Below, one piece after another: positions 39,171-52,210 of a DNA stretch of 64,000 nucleotides. Positions within the stretch are counted from its first letter, which is position 1. Every line of letters begins with the position of its first letter. The position numbers and the translations under genes were made by a program. The DNA comes from Eledone cirrhosa (Eukaryota). The stretch is taken from contig OZ024742.1 of the NCBI GenBank assembly GCA_964016885.1, forward strand, positions 273,854,001 through 273,918,000, read 5' to 3'. The notes below the pieces were generated by a model. It searched no databases and was not told where the DNA came from. It worked only from the letters and a program-made list of their open reading frames with translations.

Positions 39171-39480
39171 CACTACAATCACCGCCGCCACCACTCCATC
39201 ATTGCTACCACTATCCCATCACCACCGCCGCCACTCCATCATTTCTACCCCACAACCTTCTTAAGAAAGGGGAAGGTGACGGTATCACTAGACAACGGAG
39301 AGGCTAGCAAAAGATATACATAGACTGACTTAGTGACTCGGTCAAACGTCAACGAATATGGCACTGCTGGCTCCATACTTCTCCACCAACACTAGAAAAA
39401 GCCCAGCACCACCACCGACATAGCCAACAACAACAACAGGCAACTTTTACAAAAAGTATATTATTTTATTAATAATAATT

Positions 39481-39647
39481 TCGGTAGAAGGTCGGATGTC
39501 ATGCTTTGCAGCACAGTTACGTCCCTTTACAGACTGAGTTCAAATCCCGCCGATGTTAAGTTTGCCTTTCCTCCTAACGGGGTCGATAAAATAAAGTACC
39601 AATAATACACAGGGATAATTACTGGCCTTGTGCCAAAAGTAGAAACA
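39481..39647 (+). mobile_element. tRNA-derived SINE, slightly 5'-truncated
   Basis: Body match; TTATTAATAATAAT on both sides. Confidence 0.92.
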
Positions 39648-39662
39648 ATTATTAATAATAAT

Positions 39663-42600
39663 GTCATTCTTAGCCACGCAGTGCTCACATTAAGGAACCA
39701 CTCATGATAACTACAATTTAAAAAAGAAAAAAAAGAAAACCCGTGACCAAAAAATATCGGGATGGCGGCCGGCGGGGAGTAGCTGTGTCTCTAGGGAAAG
39801 ACGACCCCTCTAGTCTTGGTTGACACTCGTCATAGGAGTGGTAACACGAAATTATTACCCCTTGGCGGTTAAGGATAATACGCCAACGTCAAATAAAGCC
39901 AACGTCAAATGGTAAAATTACATACCGGATCGGCCGTCATCGAGTCAAAAAGGGCCGCATCCCTCAGAGAGGAACCAGACTGGGGTCGAAAAATCAGCTA
40001 ATGGTTCAAACCTTCCAATCAATTCGGAGCTGGAGACCTACCATAACCGGAATACTCCTACTGTTGGCCCTCCATGCTCACCACCAGAAATCCAAAGTAA
40101 AAAAAGAGAGAAAAATGGTCAAGGGAATACAATAAAGAAGTCCGTGAGGCTTTCTACACTGTCTATCAAATAGATCGAATACAGAACAGACTTATATCAA
40201 CTGGAAAAAGAAACATCCCGAAAACAGAGGCTATATTCACAGTAACAACCTAGCCAATATACGAAGAAATATTGTTAAAAAAAGTTACTAACTGATATAG
40301 AAATTCATCAGATCAAGCAATTAGCACAAAGTCAGCGAAGGGAAAAGTGAACATGTGTCAGTGAAAACGATTTAAATTGTAACACTTCAAATCCCAGGGT
40401 TGGGGTGGAATCTCTGACAGTAGTGGAGGGTGTGCATGCTCAAAATGAAACTCAAAATGAAAACAATGAGATCGTAAATGGTGAAGAAATGAATGAGAAT
40501 GAACTCGCCAACATGAAGAATGAAATTATGATCGAATGGATGAAAATGAAAGAATCTGACATGGGGGAACGAGACACCCTCCCTAAGATCCAGAACTCCA
40601 AACAGAACCAAAAGATAATACACAAGATTTACATAATTCTCAAAAACATTATCATCACAAACAAACTAAACATTACTGACATTAAATCATTTCTATTATG
40701 CATCGGCTAAAGTCACCACACATTTATGTGGAGTGAAAATGAAAAAAACAAAGGAATTCCCACAAAAAACTTACTTGGCAAGAGAACATCAATCGCCAAA
40801 TAAACATTCTCCGATCTGACATAGAAACTTTAACAAACTATAAAGTAGGTGAACATGTTAAACAAACCAAACTTAGAAAATTGAAAAGAAAATACATTAT
40901 AAAATCAACAAGTGACATAGACATGCTGATAGAAATAATCAAGCAAAAAGTGTCGGCCAAAGCTGCTCGATGAAAAACGATCTAGATTCTCTAAGGACAA
41001 TAATATGTTCAGAAACAACCAAAGAAACTTCTACAGAAAAAGTGGCAAGTCAACAATAACTGCTAAATCAATACCACCCAAGGAGGAAGTGCAAGAATTC
41101 TGGGAAAAGATCTGGGCCGAAGAAAAAGTTCATACTATACATGCCCCATGGATAGACAGACAAATGAAAGATACAGCTCACCTTGAGGAACAAACATGGG
41201 AAAATATAACAGTTGAACATTTGCGTTTGGCTCTTAGAAAAACCAACCACATGGAAACCTTCAAGAAAAGACAAAATACCAAATTTTTGGATAAATGCCT
41301 TCACGGAGTTTCATGAGCTGTTAGCCCAACTTTACAATGAAATGGTTCAGGAGCCAGAAAAGATACCAATTAACGGCATTACATTCCTACTTCCAAACAA
41401 TGATGAGACAAACAATCCCAAAAATTACAGACCGATAACTTGCTTGACCACAATGAATACAATTTTAACATCAGTCCTAACTGAATATACATATGACCAC
41501 CTGATAACAAATGACCTATTTCCCAATGAGCAGAAAGGGTATAAAGGAGGCTCATATGGCTGTAAAGATAAGCTTTTGGTTAACAAAATGATACTGAAAG
41601 ATTGTCATAATAGACACAAATATCTATAAATTGTTTGGATAGATTACAAAAAAGCATTCAATAATTTGCCACACAGTTGGATTGACAAATGTTTAGAGAT
41701 TTTCAAAATATCTCCCGTTGTCAGGAGGTTCCTGTCATTCAGTATGAAGACATGGAAAATGACACTCCTTTTAAAAAAGTGAAAAGCAAATCACTGGAAG
41801 CTGGAGAAGTTAACATTAAATGTGCAATTTTTCAGGGTGACTCTTTATCACCGCTTTTATTCTGCATCGCACTTATACTATTAAGTAAAATGCTCAATGA
41901 AACAAAACATGGATATAAAGTCTATGACAAAACCATTAATCACTTGTTCTTCATGGATGACCTGGAACTATTTGCAAAAAATGATGAACTATTGCAAAGA
42001 CTATTATCCACTGTGAATCAGTTCAATGATGACATTAAAATGGAGTTTGGACTAGATAAATGCGCCAAAGCAACGTTCACCAGAGGAAAGCTGCTGAAAA
42101 GTTCAGACATTAATCTTGACGGGGGAATGTGGTAAGAGAATTTGATCAAGAGAAAACTTTAAAATATCTAGGTGTTTGTGAGGGAGACAGAATCAAGCAC
42201 TCGACAATGAGGGAAAGAGTAAGGAAGGAATGTTACCGCAGAGTAAGAGCAACCTTAAGAACGGAGTTGAATGCAAGGAATAGGATCAATGCTATAAACA
42301 CGCTTGCCATACCAGTAGTAACCTACAGTTATAATGTCATCAACTGGTCAAGCACAGAGATCCGTAGGCTCGATACAAAAATTAGAAAATTCTTAACCAT
42401 GCACAGAATGTACCACCCTAAGACAGATACAGATAGAATATATCTCCCTAGGAAAGAAGGAAGGCGTGGGTTAATGCAGATATTGCAGATATTGCGTTGA
42501 AAACTGCAACAATTGGATTATCTACATATCTAAGGGAATCCCATGATTGGATGATCAAACTCGTTTTGAAACACGAAAGCATCATACTGCATTACAAAAG

Positions 42601-43634
42601 ATGCACAAAGATACAGTAATGGACTACAAATTTCAGAAGTTTCATTTACTGCTGAAATGAAAAATACAGAAAAAACAAAGCAGGTAAAAGTAACTGCAAA
42701 GAAAGAACTGCTACAGAAACTGGCTAAGAAATGGCAAGAAAAGGCTCTGTATGGAAGATACCCAGAACGAGCTTACATTCCTGATGTTGACAAAACATTA
42801 ACACATCAGTGTTAGGCATCCTCTGGACTGAAATCGGAGACTGAAGGAGTAATTATATCAGCACAAGCTCAGTGACTGCCAACAAAAAATTACCAAGCCA
42901 ACATAATAAAAAATGGATGCAACCCATTATGCCGTGTACGTAAAAAACAACCATTGATCATATAATTTCAATGCGTAGTCCAATAACTCCAGCCGAATAC
43001 CTAAACAGGCACAACAGAGCTGCACAATACATACATTAAATGATGTGTAAGCATTTTGACCTGCCCCATCAAAAGAATTGGTAGGAGCATCAACTACCTC
43101 CCGTACTTGAAAAAGATCACTTCTCAATCTTGTGGAACTTTAGCATCCAAACAGACCGAAAGATCGATGCAAATAGCCCTGATATAATACTGAAGCACTT
43201 TAAAAAGAGGGTATGCCTGCTAATTGGTATGTCCGTTCCAATAGAGAAGAATGTTTTCTGTAAAAACATTTGAAAAATTGAGCAAGTATAAGGACCTGGT
43301 GATAGAAATTGGAAAATTGTGGAAATTGAGAACTAAAACAATACCTGTGGTTGTAGGCGCTCTAGGAATGATATCTAAGGGGTCTAATGATTAATTATGG
43401 CAAATCCCAGGAAACCCGTGTATAGGAGAAATACAAAAGGTAGTACTAATGGGAACTGCCCTTATACTAAGGAAGATTCTGTCAATATAAGTACATCACA
43501 ATTCTAAACATCTAAAGATGCATGTGTGTGTATGTATGTTTTTTCTTCAACATGGCAGTCCTTGTTGTCTCTTGAGGTCACTGGTTGTGACTTGTTGGTA
43601 ACTCGTTTGAACATAAAGCAAGATAAATTCAACT

Positions 43635-43635
<1 letters not shown>
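39663..43635 (+). mobile_element. R4/Dong-clade LINE family B, apparently full length, degraded
   Basis: GC-rich 5' UTR; NPKNYRPITCL, EQKG, FQGDSLSPLLF, HLFFMDDLELF, RIYLPRKEGRRGL; REL region. Ends in (TAA)n at 43636-43693. Clearly distinct in sequence from family A. Confidence 0.92.
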
Positions 43636-43693
<58 letters not shown>

Positions 43694-43694
<1 letters not shown>

Positions 43695-44467
43695 CTTTCT
43701 TTATTAACCACAAGGGTTTACATAAAGTAGACATTAAGTCCAGTACAGGACAATACAGGACAGTACAAATGGGCATTTCTGCGTGTAAAAAAAAACAAGA
43801 AACAGAGGTTGTAATAATAGAACAATGAAAAAATTCCCCAATAGGGGGGAGACTTCCGACGGACATTTGTGGAGAAAGCCCATTAAAAAGCCACAGTGAC
43901 CCTGACCACCAGGGCAAATGCCCTCTCCCACTTTTCCACCTTTAATTTACAGACACATACTCGGGCCATTCTTGCCTCTCTCACCAATCTTTCAACAAAA
44001 TGCTGGGAAGAGAGCACTTCCCTCTCTACCCTGGTTTTCCTTTTCAAATGAAATTTGAAAAAGTTAATCAGGGCATCACCGAAGATGTAAGTGCTCGTCT
44101 TCAGCCCTTTCAAACGTGTCCACCATACTATCTCTTTCGCCATGGCCACCAGACAGATAAAAACTGCCTGCCATTCCCGGCTAAAGGAAGAGGGTGGGGC
44201 AATCGTCACGATGGACTCAGCTGATAGGTGGATCCGTCCTACACGCGACAGCATGTGTTCGACATAAACCCACAAGTCAGCAATGCTCGGACACTGGACG
44301 AGTGTGTGCAGGACGGTTTCGTCGCCCTCCGCGCATCTCGGACATGCCCGGCTGACGGCACCTCCATGCCTATAGAGTTTATCCCGAACTGGCAAAGCTC
44401 CTCGGTAGCACTGCCAGGCCAAGGATTTCTGGAAGTTGTCCATAAGCCTCGGCCCGAAAGTTCTTCC

Positions 44468-44468
<1 letters not shown>
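43694..44468 (-). mobile_element. Tx1 LINE 3' fragment
   Basis: ORF 43883-44536 includes CPRCAEGDETVLHTLVQC; the 3' end AATAAAGAAAGC runs into (ATT)n. Confidence 0.92.
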
Positions 44469-44511
<43 letters not shown>

Positions 44512-44516
44512 TTAAT

Positions 44517-45976
44517 GGTTTCTTTATTAGCCACAAGGGCTAACATTAAGAAAAATATTACAGACGGCACAGAACGGACAGGACGATACAAAATGGGTTT
44601 TGGCCGTGTAAAATGTTTATAACAAGAAGAGAAAAATGTGTAAAAACAAATAAAATAATTCAAACAAAAATTCCCCAAAACTGGAGAAACCTCCGAGGGT
44701 CACTCGTGGTGGAAACCACACAAAAGACCACGGCCACCCTGACCACCAGGGCAAGAACCCTCTCTCAATTCTCCCATTCCTCAATCTACAGGCGCATACT
44801 CAGAACGGGCTCGTTCACTCGAACCAGATTCGCCACTTTCGCCACCGTGCAACAGAATTACTAAAAGATAACACTTGCCTCTCCATCCTGATTTTCGTCT
44901 TCAAGTGAAATTTGAAAAAGATAATCAGCCTTCAACCTTGTGTACCATACAATCTCTTTCGCCATGGCCGCCACCAGGCAGATGTAAACTGCCTGACCTT
45001 CCTCCTCCTTAAAGGTGGTTTGTGTGCCTATCAGCGCAATGGACTCAGTCGTTAACCGGATCCGTGACAGCAAATGTTCGACATAGCTTCACAATTCTCG
45101 GACACTGAACGAGTGCGCGCATGACGATTTCGTCGTCATGCGCGGACATGCTAGGTTGACAGCACCTCCGTGCCTGTAGAGCTTATCCCGAACTGGCAAG
45201 ACTCCTCGGTAGCACTGCCAGTCCAGGGATTTCTGGAAGTTGTGCATAGGCCCCTGAAAGTTCTCTTGAAGAGGGCGAACAGCTGATCCTCTTCGGCGAC
45301 CAGGCTCTCCCCGTGAACGTCGTCACACTTCTCCTCCACTAGCCCTCTATAGAACGCCGAGGTGTATGTTCCACCGATATCAGTGCCCAGCTGGTAGAGG
45401 GCTGTGAGCACTTGGTGACATTCAAGCTTCCAAGCGCTATCCCTTGGTCTTTTCATGATGCAGGACTGCAGCTCAGTCAAGGAGACGAGCTGGGGAAAAG
45501 CGCGTGTGGCAAACGGTGTCCACACCTGTTTAACGTCAAGGAAGCACCAGAGATGTCGCAGTTGGGCGGGGGCAAGTTACGATGGTAGAAGATGACGGAC
45601 GCGATCTACGCATTCGCCACTTGCGCCCGACATTTCAGAGACATGCTTCTCGTGGACCATTTCTGGTGAGATAGGCCACGCTGCTCGTCACCTCGCTCCA
45701 GTTTTTCTCCATATTGAGCTACGGCCGAACTAGACCTCCGAGCAAGTTAACCGGCCCTTCCGTCCAGCGCCCCACAACGCTCTCGGAGGCATGGTCTTGC
45801 CTCTCCAGGTGCCGAGTTGCAAGCCCACCGACTTTTTGTGGTTTATCTTTGCTCCTGTCACCGCTTCGTATTCCTTGAGAGCGCTGCCGAGCATCTGGTC
45901 GTACCTGGTGGTCTACACAATCACGGTAACATCGTTGGCGTAAGCCGAGACGTATCTCGCATATCCGAATACGTAC
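44517..45976 (-). mobile_element. Tx1 LINE 3' fragment (related subfamily)
   Basis: ORF2 C-terminal pieces (WTPFATRAFPQLVSL); 3' end CCCTTGTGGCTAATAAAGAAACC then ATT. Confidence 0.9.
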
Positions 45977-46006
45977 AATAATAATAATAACAATAATAGT
46001 AATAAT

Positions 46007-46287
46007 GTTTCCTTTATTAACCACGAGGATTGGCATAGAAAATAACATTATGGCAGCACAGGACGGTACAGGACGGTACAAATGTTTCTTTCTTCGCGTA
46101 GTGTAAAAAGAAATGTAATGACAAAAAAGAAACAAAGGAAAATATCGCAATACGGAGCAGACTTCCGATGGATACTCGTGGAGAAAGCCCATAAAAAAAC
46201 CACGTTGACCCTGAACAACAGGGCAAGTGCCCTCTCCCAGGTTTCCACCTCAAATTTACAGCCGCTTACTCAGAGCAGGCCCGTTCA
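46007..46287 (-). mobile_element. Tx1 3' UTR fragment
   Basis: Matches the other Tx1 3' UTRs; ATT repeats on both sides. Confidence 0.85.
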
Positions 46288-49200
46288 TAAAATAATAATA
46301 AGGGTTTCTTTATTAGCCACTAGGGCTAAAATGTCCAAAAATATTACCGTCGGCACAGAACGATACAGGACGATACAAAGTGGGTTTCGGCCGTTTGAAA
46401 AGGTTATAAAAAGAAAATAGAAGTGTGAAAAAATAATTCAAAAAATTCCCCAATAGGGGAGAAACATCCGAGTGTCACTCGTTGCGAAAACCACATAAAA
46501 GACGACGGTCACCCTGACCAATCAGTTCTCATAGTTCTCCCATACGTCAGTCTAAAAGCTTATACTCAGAGCGAGCCTGTTCACTCGGACCTGACTCCTC
46601 ACTTTCACACACCGTTCAACAAACTTACTAGAAGATAGCACTTGTCCCTCCAGCCTGATTTTCGTCTTCAAGTGAAATTTGAAAAAGATAATCAGAGATC
46701 CGCCGAAGAGGAAAATGTCCGTCTTCACGCGTTTGAACCTTGTCCACCATACAATTTATTTCGCCATGGTCACCAGGTAGATGAAGACTGCATGCCCTTT
46801 CTCCGCCTTAAAGGAGGATGGTGGGGCTATCTTCACAATGGATTCAGTCGGTAACCGGATCCGTCATAGACACGACAGCAACTGTTTGAGATAGCCCCAC
46901 AAGTCAGCAATGCTCGGGCACTGAACGAGTGCGTACAGGACGGTTTCTTCGCCCTGCGCGCATCTCGGACAGGCTAGGCTGAAAGCACTTCCCTGTATGT
47001 AGAGCTTATCCCGAACCGGCAATACTCCCCGGTAGCACTGCCAGGTCACGGATTTCTGCTATGATGAGCTGGGGGAAAGCGCGTCTGGTAAACGGCGACC
47101 ACACCTGTTCACCGTCAAGGAAGCACCAGAAATGTTGCTACCTCAGCAGATGTTGGCGCATCATCAGCTGTGGCATCCTGATTAATTTAACCGGTCCTTC
47201 CGTCCAACGCCCCATGACACGGTCGGACAGCATTGACTTGCCTCTCCATGTGACGAGTTGCAAGCCCGCTGATTTTACAGGTTAATCATAACTCCTGTGA
47301 CGGCTTCGTATTCATTGAGAGCGTTGCCGAGCATCTGGACATGCATGGTGATCGACACAATCACGATAACGACGTTGGCGTAAGTATACACGTATCTTGC
47401 ACAACCCAGTTCGTGTGTGACACTACTCATCGTCTCCAATTTGTGCAGCAACGACGCTAGGTCCAATAGGTGCAAGAGTGACGAGAGGTTTCAACACTGG
47501 TAATCCACTCATATGATGCTGAACAGCTCTGACAGGCGACTGTTCACTCTCACAACAGAGCAGATGTTGCTGTCCATCGCAGCGATCTAACGCCTGAAGA
47601 CCAGCACAAAGCCGGCCGCATCGAGGTCCAGCGCCAGGTACAGATTGAATTAAATTCATCCAAGTTGATCAATGCCCCACCCGTTCCAGGTATATTAACC
47701 ACCGCATATCTGCGACTCTCCAGCCAGATAACCGACAAGCGCCAATGTCTTTGCTAACACCTTGGCCAAAATCTTGAACTTTGCGTTGCCGAACATTTGT
47801 AGCATGTTCGCATAAAGCTTGTAGAGCAGACTATCCAAACGTACCGATTTGCCCCTCGTGCAGTCAGACATCACTTCCCGTATTTCATCTGCTGTTACCG
47901 GCTTTTCGCAGCACTGCGCTGCGGTCGTCGAAAGCCGCGGCAGTCCGTCGAGACACGTACCGAAGTCCATACTCTGATCCCGCCCACCGCTTCTCCCGAA
48001 CAGTTGAGGAAATTGCTTTTGATAAACCTCGCACATCTAGCCGACCCCACACACCATCCGGGCCCATTGGACAGCTTTCGTTCCTTCATGTTTTAGAGTA
48101 CGCGTTCTAGCTCTGACAACGCAGCCTTCATGCTTTGCGTTGAATAATTGTCGAGTTCCAATCTCGCCACAAACACGTCGGTTGTGATGGTTGTCCTAAA
48201 CGCCTCTTCTAGCTTTCTAACTCTATTTTCCTGTAGCATTAATCCTTTGCTAAACCTCATCGATTCTACTCTAATTGCCTTTTTACGGGTAAATAACCAC
48301 CTGTTGTTGACGATCGGACACGTCAAGGCGCGCCTAAATAATTCGTTAATCCGGTCACTGTAAGCTTTTCTCGCCGGGAACAATACGTTTAGCTTCCAGT
48401 AACCGGGCCCTTGCCTATGGAATATTTCTCAGTCAACTTCACACATCACAAATTTGTGGTCTATGTCGTCGATTACCTTAAATTTTGGATAACCTACACT
48501 AGCCTTATCTGTTTCCCTACAGAAAGCGATATCTAGATACGATCTGGATGACACGACGCGGTTTTCTCATGTCCACATTGGCGCATTCGGATAATCCAGT
48601 CTATATCTGTCAGACAGTTGAAAACGTCTGAGAGGTTGATGAGGTTTTAACACCCTTCTCCCCTGTCTACTACTCCACATAATCCCACCATGCATCTAAG
48701 ATATCGTTCCAGTTGCGCATTAACAAAGAGCGGTATGTTCCAAGAAGGTCTCTAGACTTCTGAAGAAATCAGAGCGTCCTGCCTCTGGTTGGGCATAGAC
48801 GGCTACTAGCCTGAAAGCATCGCATTCACTGCCGGTCAAGTCCAGCACCATCGACTTACCTTCTGAGTCCAGAAAGATCGCTCGTATGGTGAGGTCCAAG
48901 CCTCTCCAAAAAAGCACAGCCACTCCTCTCCCCGTTCTCGGACAGCTGGGAGATGCGTATACATCGTAGCCGCCGAAATCGGTGCGAAGGCTCGTGCTTC
49001 GGAAATTCTGGTCTCGCTGTAAGCCACACCATCTATGTTCATTGATCTTAGATCTTTGTGCAGGTCAACCTGCTTCCATGACGACCCCAGGGTACGGGCA
49101 ATTTTTTCTGCCTATTCTGAGTTAGTTGATGTTTGGTGAGGAAAAAGATAGGTCAGAGAGTATCAATTACCCTGTTTACGTAGAGAAGAGGAAGTTGAAT

Positions 49201-50093
49201 CGTCACTTCGAGTGATCATGGGCACTTCCTTGAGAATGTCAATGCATATTATTTTTTTCAGCGAATCTCTGAAATCCCCAACGCCGTTGGTAATTTTACT
49301 TTTTATGTCTTTGTATTGTCCTACATATAGTTTAATTACTTGGCAGTTTGTGGGTTTACTTGATGGTGTTGGATATGTGTTGTAGTTGCTGACTCTAATG
49401 CTTGTGTGTAATTGTATATTTCATCAAATCCTTATTGTCTATGTTTATGGCAGTGTATTTTTTTGCGGGGAGGGATTTTGTTTTGATGTTGCTGCTGGGT
49501 GTGTGTGATTTGTTGTGATGCTGATGTTAGTGGTATTATTGGTGGTGATGGTGGTGTTGCTGCTGCTGCTGCTGCAAGTCGCCTTATGACTTTTGCTGTT
49601 TTTTTGCTTTCCTCTTTTATGGAGGAAGAAGTTGCGCTGTTTTTTCGTTTGTGAGAGGTCGGGGAGGCGTATGAGTTCTACTTTCACATATGTTGTTGTT
49701 AGTGGTGGTGGTCTGCCTGGTCTACCGTTCTTGGCACAGGTGCAGCTAGTGCAACTGTTTCTGTTGCTGCCATTGCTGCCGCTTTTTTGTTGTCCGTTGC
49801 ATTGGTATGGGTGCCAACAACGTTCTCCTCCTACTCTCGGTAAAAATCCCGACTTCCTCACTGCCTGCCCTGTTTCTGTTGGCAGTGATTCCACTGTTGG
49901 AAGGAGAAGGACCTTCAGCTTTGTTATCATCTGTGGACAGAAGGCCCTGAGCTGAGTTTTGGACCCACAGTTGTAGCATTTTGGGCGCCTTCCTTCCACC
50001 GGTATGGGAATTTGGGAGCAATTCCCCTCATTTAAAAAGAAAATGTTTGTTGATTTGGTTTTGAGATTTTTGTATATATATTTAGTAAGAATT

Positions 50094-50269
50094 ATTGGCA
50101 GTATCGGTAGAGAGTCGGACGCCATGCTTTGCAGCATAGTTACGTCCCTTTACGATCTGAGTTCAAATCCCGCCGAGGTTAACTTTGCCTTTCATCCTTA
50201 CGGGGTCGATAAAATAAAGTACCAGTAATGTACTGGATCATTACTGGCCTTGTGCCAAAAGTAGAAACA
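50094..50269 (+). mobile_element. tRNA-derived SINE
   Basis: Body match; ATTAT on both sides. Confidence 0.92.
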
Positions 50270-50486
50270 ATTATCTTCCTTGATTAAAATTGTATAGTGC
50301 AGATGAATCAGTCGACATGCTTTTTTTATCCAACTTATTTTCTACCTCTTAAGGCATTTGGGTGTGGTTTGAAGGTGATTTGGTTGCTTTTTCTAGCCGA
50401 TTAAATGACTAAATTGTTTCTCTTCATTGGATTTTATATCTAATATACTCTTAAGCATAAAAGAATATGATGCTATTCTTTCACAA

Positions 50487-50620
50487 AACACACCCAGCTC
50501 ACACTGTAATGTGGTAGTCCTGCTGCCACAATAAAAAGCACACAGACCACACTGTAAAATGGTAGAGCTGGTGCCATGATAAAAAGCACCTAGCCTACAC
50601 TGAAATGTGGTGGTGCCATT
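50487..50620 (+). repeat. Three ~48-bp degenerate tandem units from another repeat family
   Basis: TAAAAAGCAC..CACACTG.AA.TGG..G.TGCCA repeated. Confidence 0.6.
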
Positions 50621-52210
50621 CCTGAGGTCTATTATGTCGGGAATAGCACTAATGCAGTCCTTTACGGTTTGGATGAGCATCCCTATTCGGATACCAGACC
50701 AGCCTTCTCTCCTCAACTTTTGTACCTGCAAAATTATCGTTTTGTACTGGATGCCCACAAGAACAGTTACGAACAACTAAGACTTGGGTACCTAGGCTGG
50801 GACCTGGGTCACTCTCACCTTTGCAATTTGTTTCCCGTAGTAAAACGGGACTAATTTTATTTCATCACTCCGTAGGGTTTTCAAGGTGTGCGATATTGCT
50901 TCCTGGGTGGTAGCAAAACCGAAGTCCACGGTAGCATATTTCTTGCCTAGGGTGATGTGGCTTTTCCATGCCCACACAGTCCCCAAAGCATTTTGTAATT
51001 GAGCATCCGTGACTCTCCACACGACGTAATTTCGTGTCAATTGTGCGGTATGACACTGCGTCGTTCTTTTTCCACCAGGAACTCGGTTGGTGGTTTCAAG
51101 GAGGCTGAAAAGTCAGTTCTGGTTACAATGCGTCTTGAGACCGCCATCTCTTCCTCTGTGACCAGGACTGTTTCTACATTGCGTGCCACCCCCGCAAAAG
51201 AGATGGGCCTTTACCCTTTTGCGGAATTGGTGTTTCTTGTTGTTTTCTTTTGCTGCAGTTGTTGTTGTTGTGATTGTCATTGTTGTTGATATCGTTGTCC
51301 TTATTACTGTTGGTGTTATTGTTATTTTTGTTATTATTATTTTTGTTTCAGTTGTTGGTCTGGTGGGGGCGGTATCAGTTGCGTTGGACGAGACAGTCGA
51401 CATTGTGGGAGAATCCATTTGGTTATCACGAGATAACTTTTTTTTGTGTCACTTGGTGGTGGTGGTGGTGGTGGTGGTGGCGGTGGTATCAGTGGTGTTG
51501 GATGTACTCTTCGAAATTTAGGTGGTGGAGATGACGGCTTTAACACATGTAGACATTGGCAAAGGCGGACAGTCTACGTTTGCACGTGGCAAACTTTGGT
51601 GACTGTAATTGCTTGTCCTGCTGCTGCTGTTAACGAAAACGTTATCGGTTTTGGCAATTGTAGCAAGGTTCACCATGGTGGTGGATGGAGTATTTTCTAT
51701 GTTAGAGTTTCTGTCACATGACAGCTGCCTTGATTTGGGGAGGCGTATAAGAGGGACGAGAGATTACAGCCTTGGTGATCCGAGCACATGATGCTGAACG
51801 ACTCTGACAGGTGACTGTTCACTCTCACAACAGAGCAGATGTTGCTGTCCATCACAGCGATCTAACGCCTGAGGACCAGCGCCAGGTACAGATTGCATTA
51901 GATTGATCCAAGTTGATCAATCTAATGCCAGGTATCTTAACCACTGCATATCGTCCATGTTTTTTTTTATTGTTTGTTTGAGAAAATAAAGTTTAAATGT
52001 TGGGCTTAAAGCCCCGATATCATTGGGTGTCATTTTCAGAAAGCAATATTATGAACTTATAAACAGTTAACAACAAACATTTTCTATAACTGGAAATTCG
52101 AAACAACTGAAACAAAATATCTTTAGGAGCTCTATCAAACGATTATCGTATGCAAGATGCCAATAATAAGAAAAAGAATAAGAATAAGAATAATTTTTAC
52201 CAGTAATAAT

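Larger units (their letters stand above)
46302..52161 (-). mobile_element. Tx1 LINE spanning 5' UTR, ORF1, ORF2 and 3' UTR, heavily deleted, with insertions
   Basis: 5' UTR 51960-52161 is homologous to 22058. ORF1 pieces include EGRRPKCYNCGSKTQLRAFCP. APE (YSETRISEARAF, VAVYAQ) and RT pieces occur in order. Confidence 0.88.

Noticed and set aside
39985-40010. HDV-like ribozyme suggested by GCTAATGGTTC pairing with GAACCA
   Set aside because: No room for P3-L3, P1' and P4 between the strands; the region is probably coding.
43636-46302. CRISPR-like or satellite array of alternating repeats and spacers
   Set aside because: The units are LINE 3' fragments of variable length between microsatellites; eukaryotic context and no cas genes.
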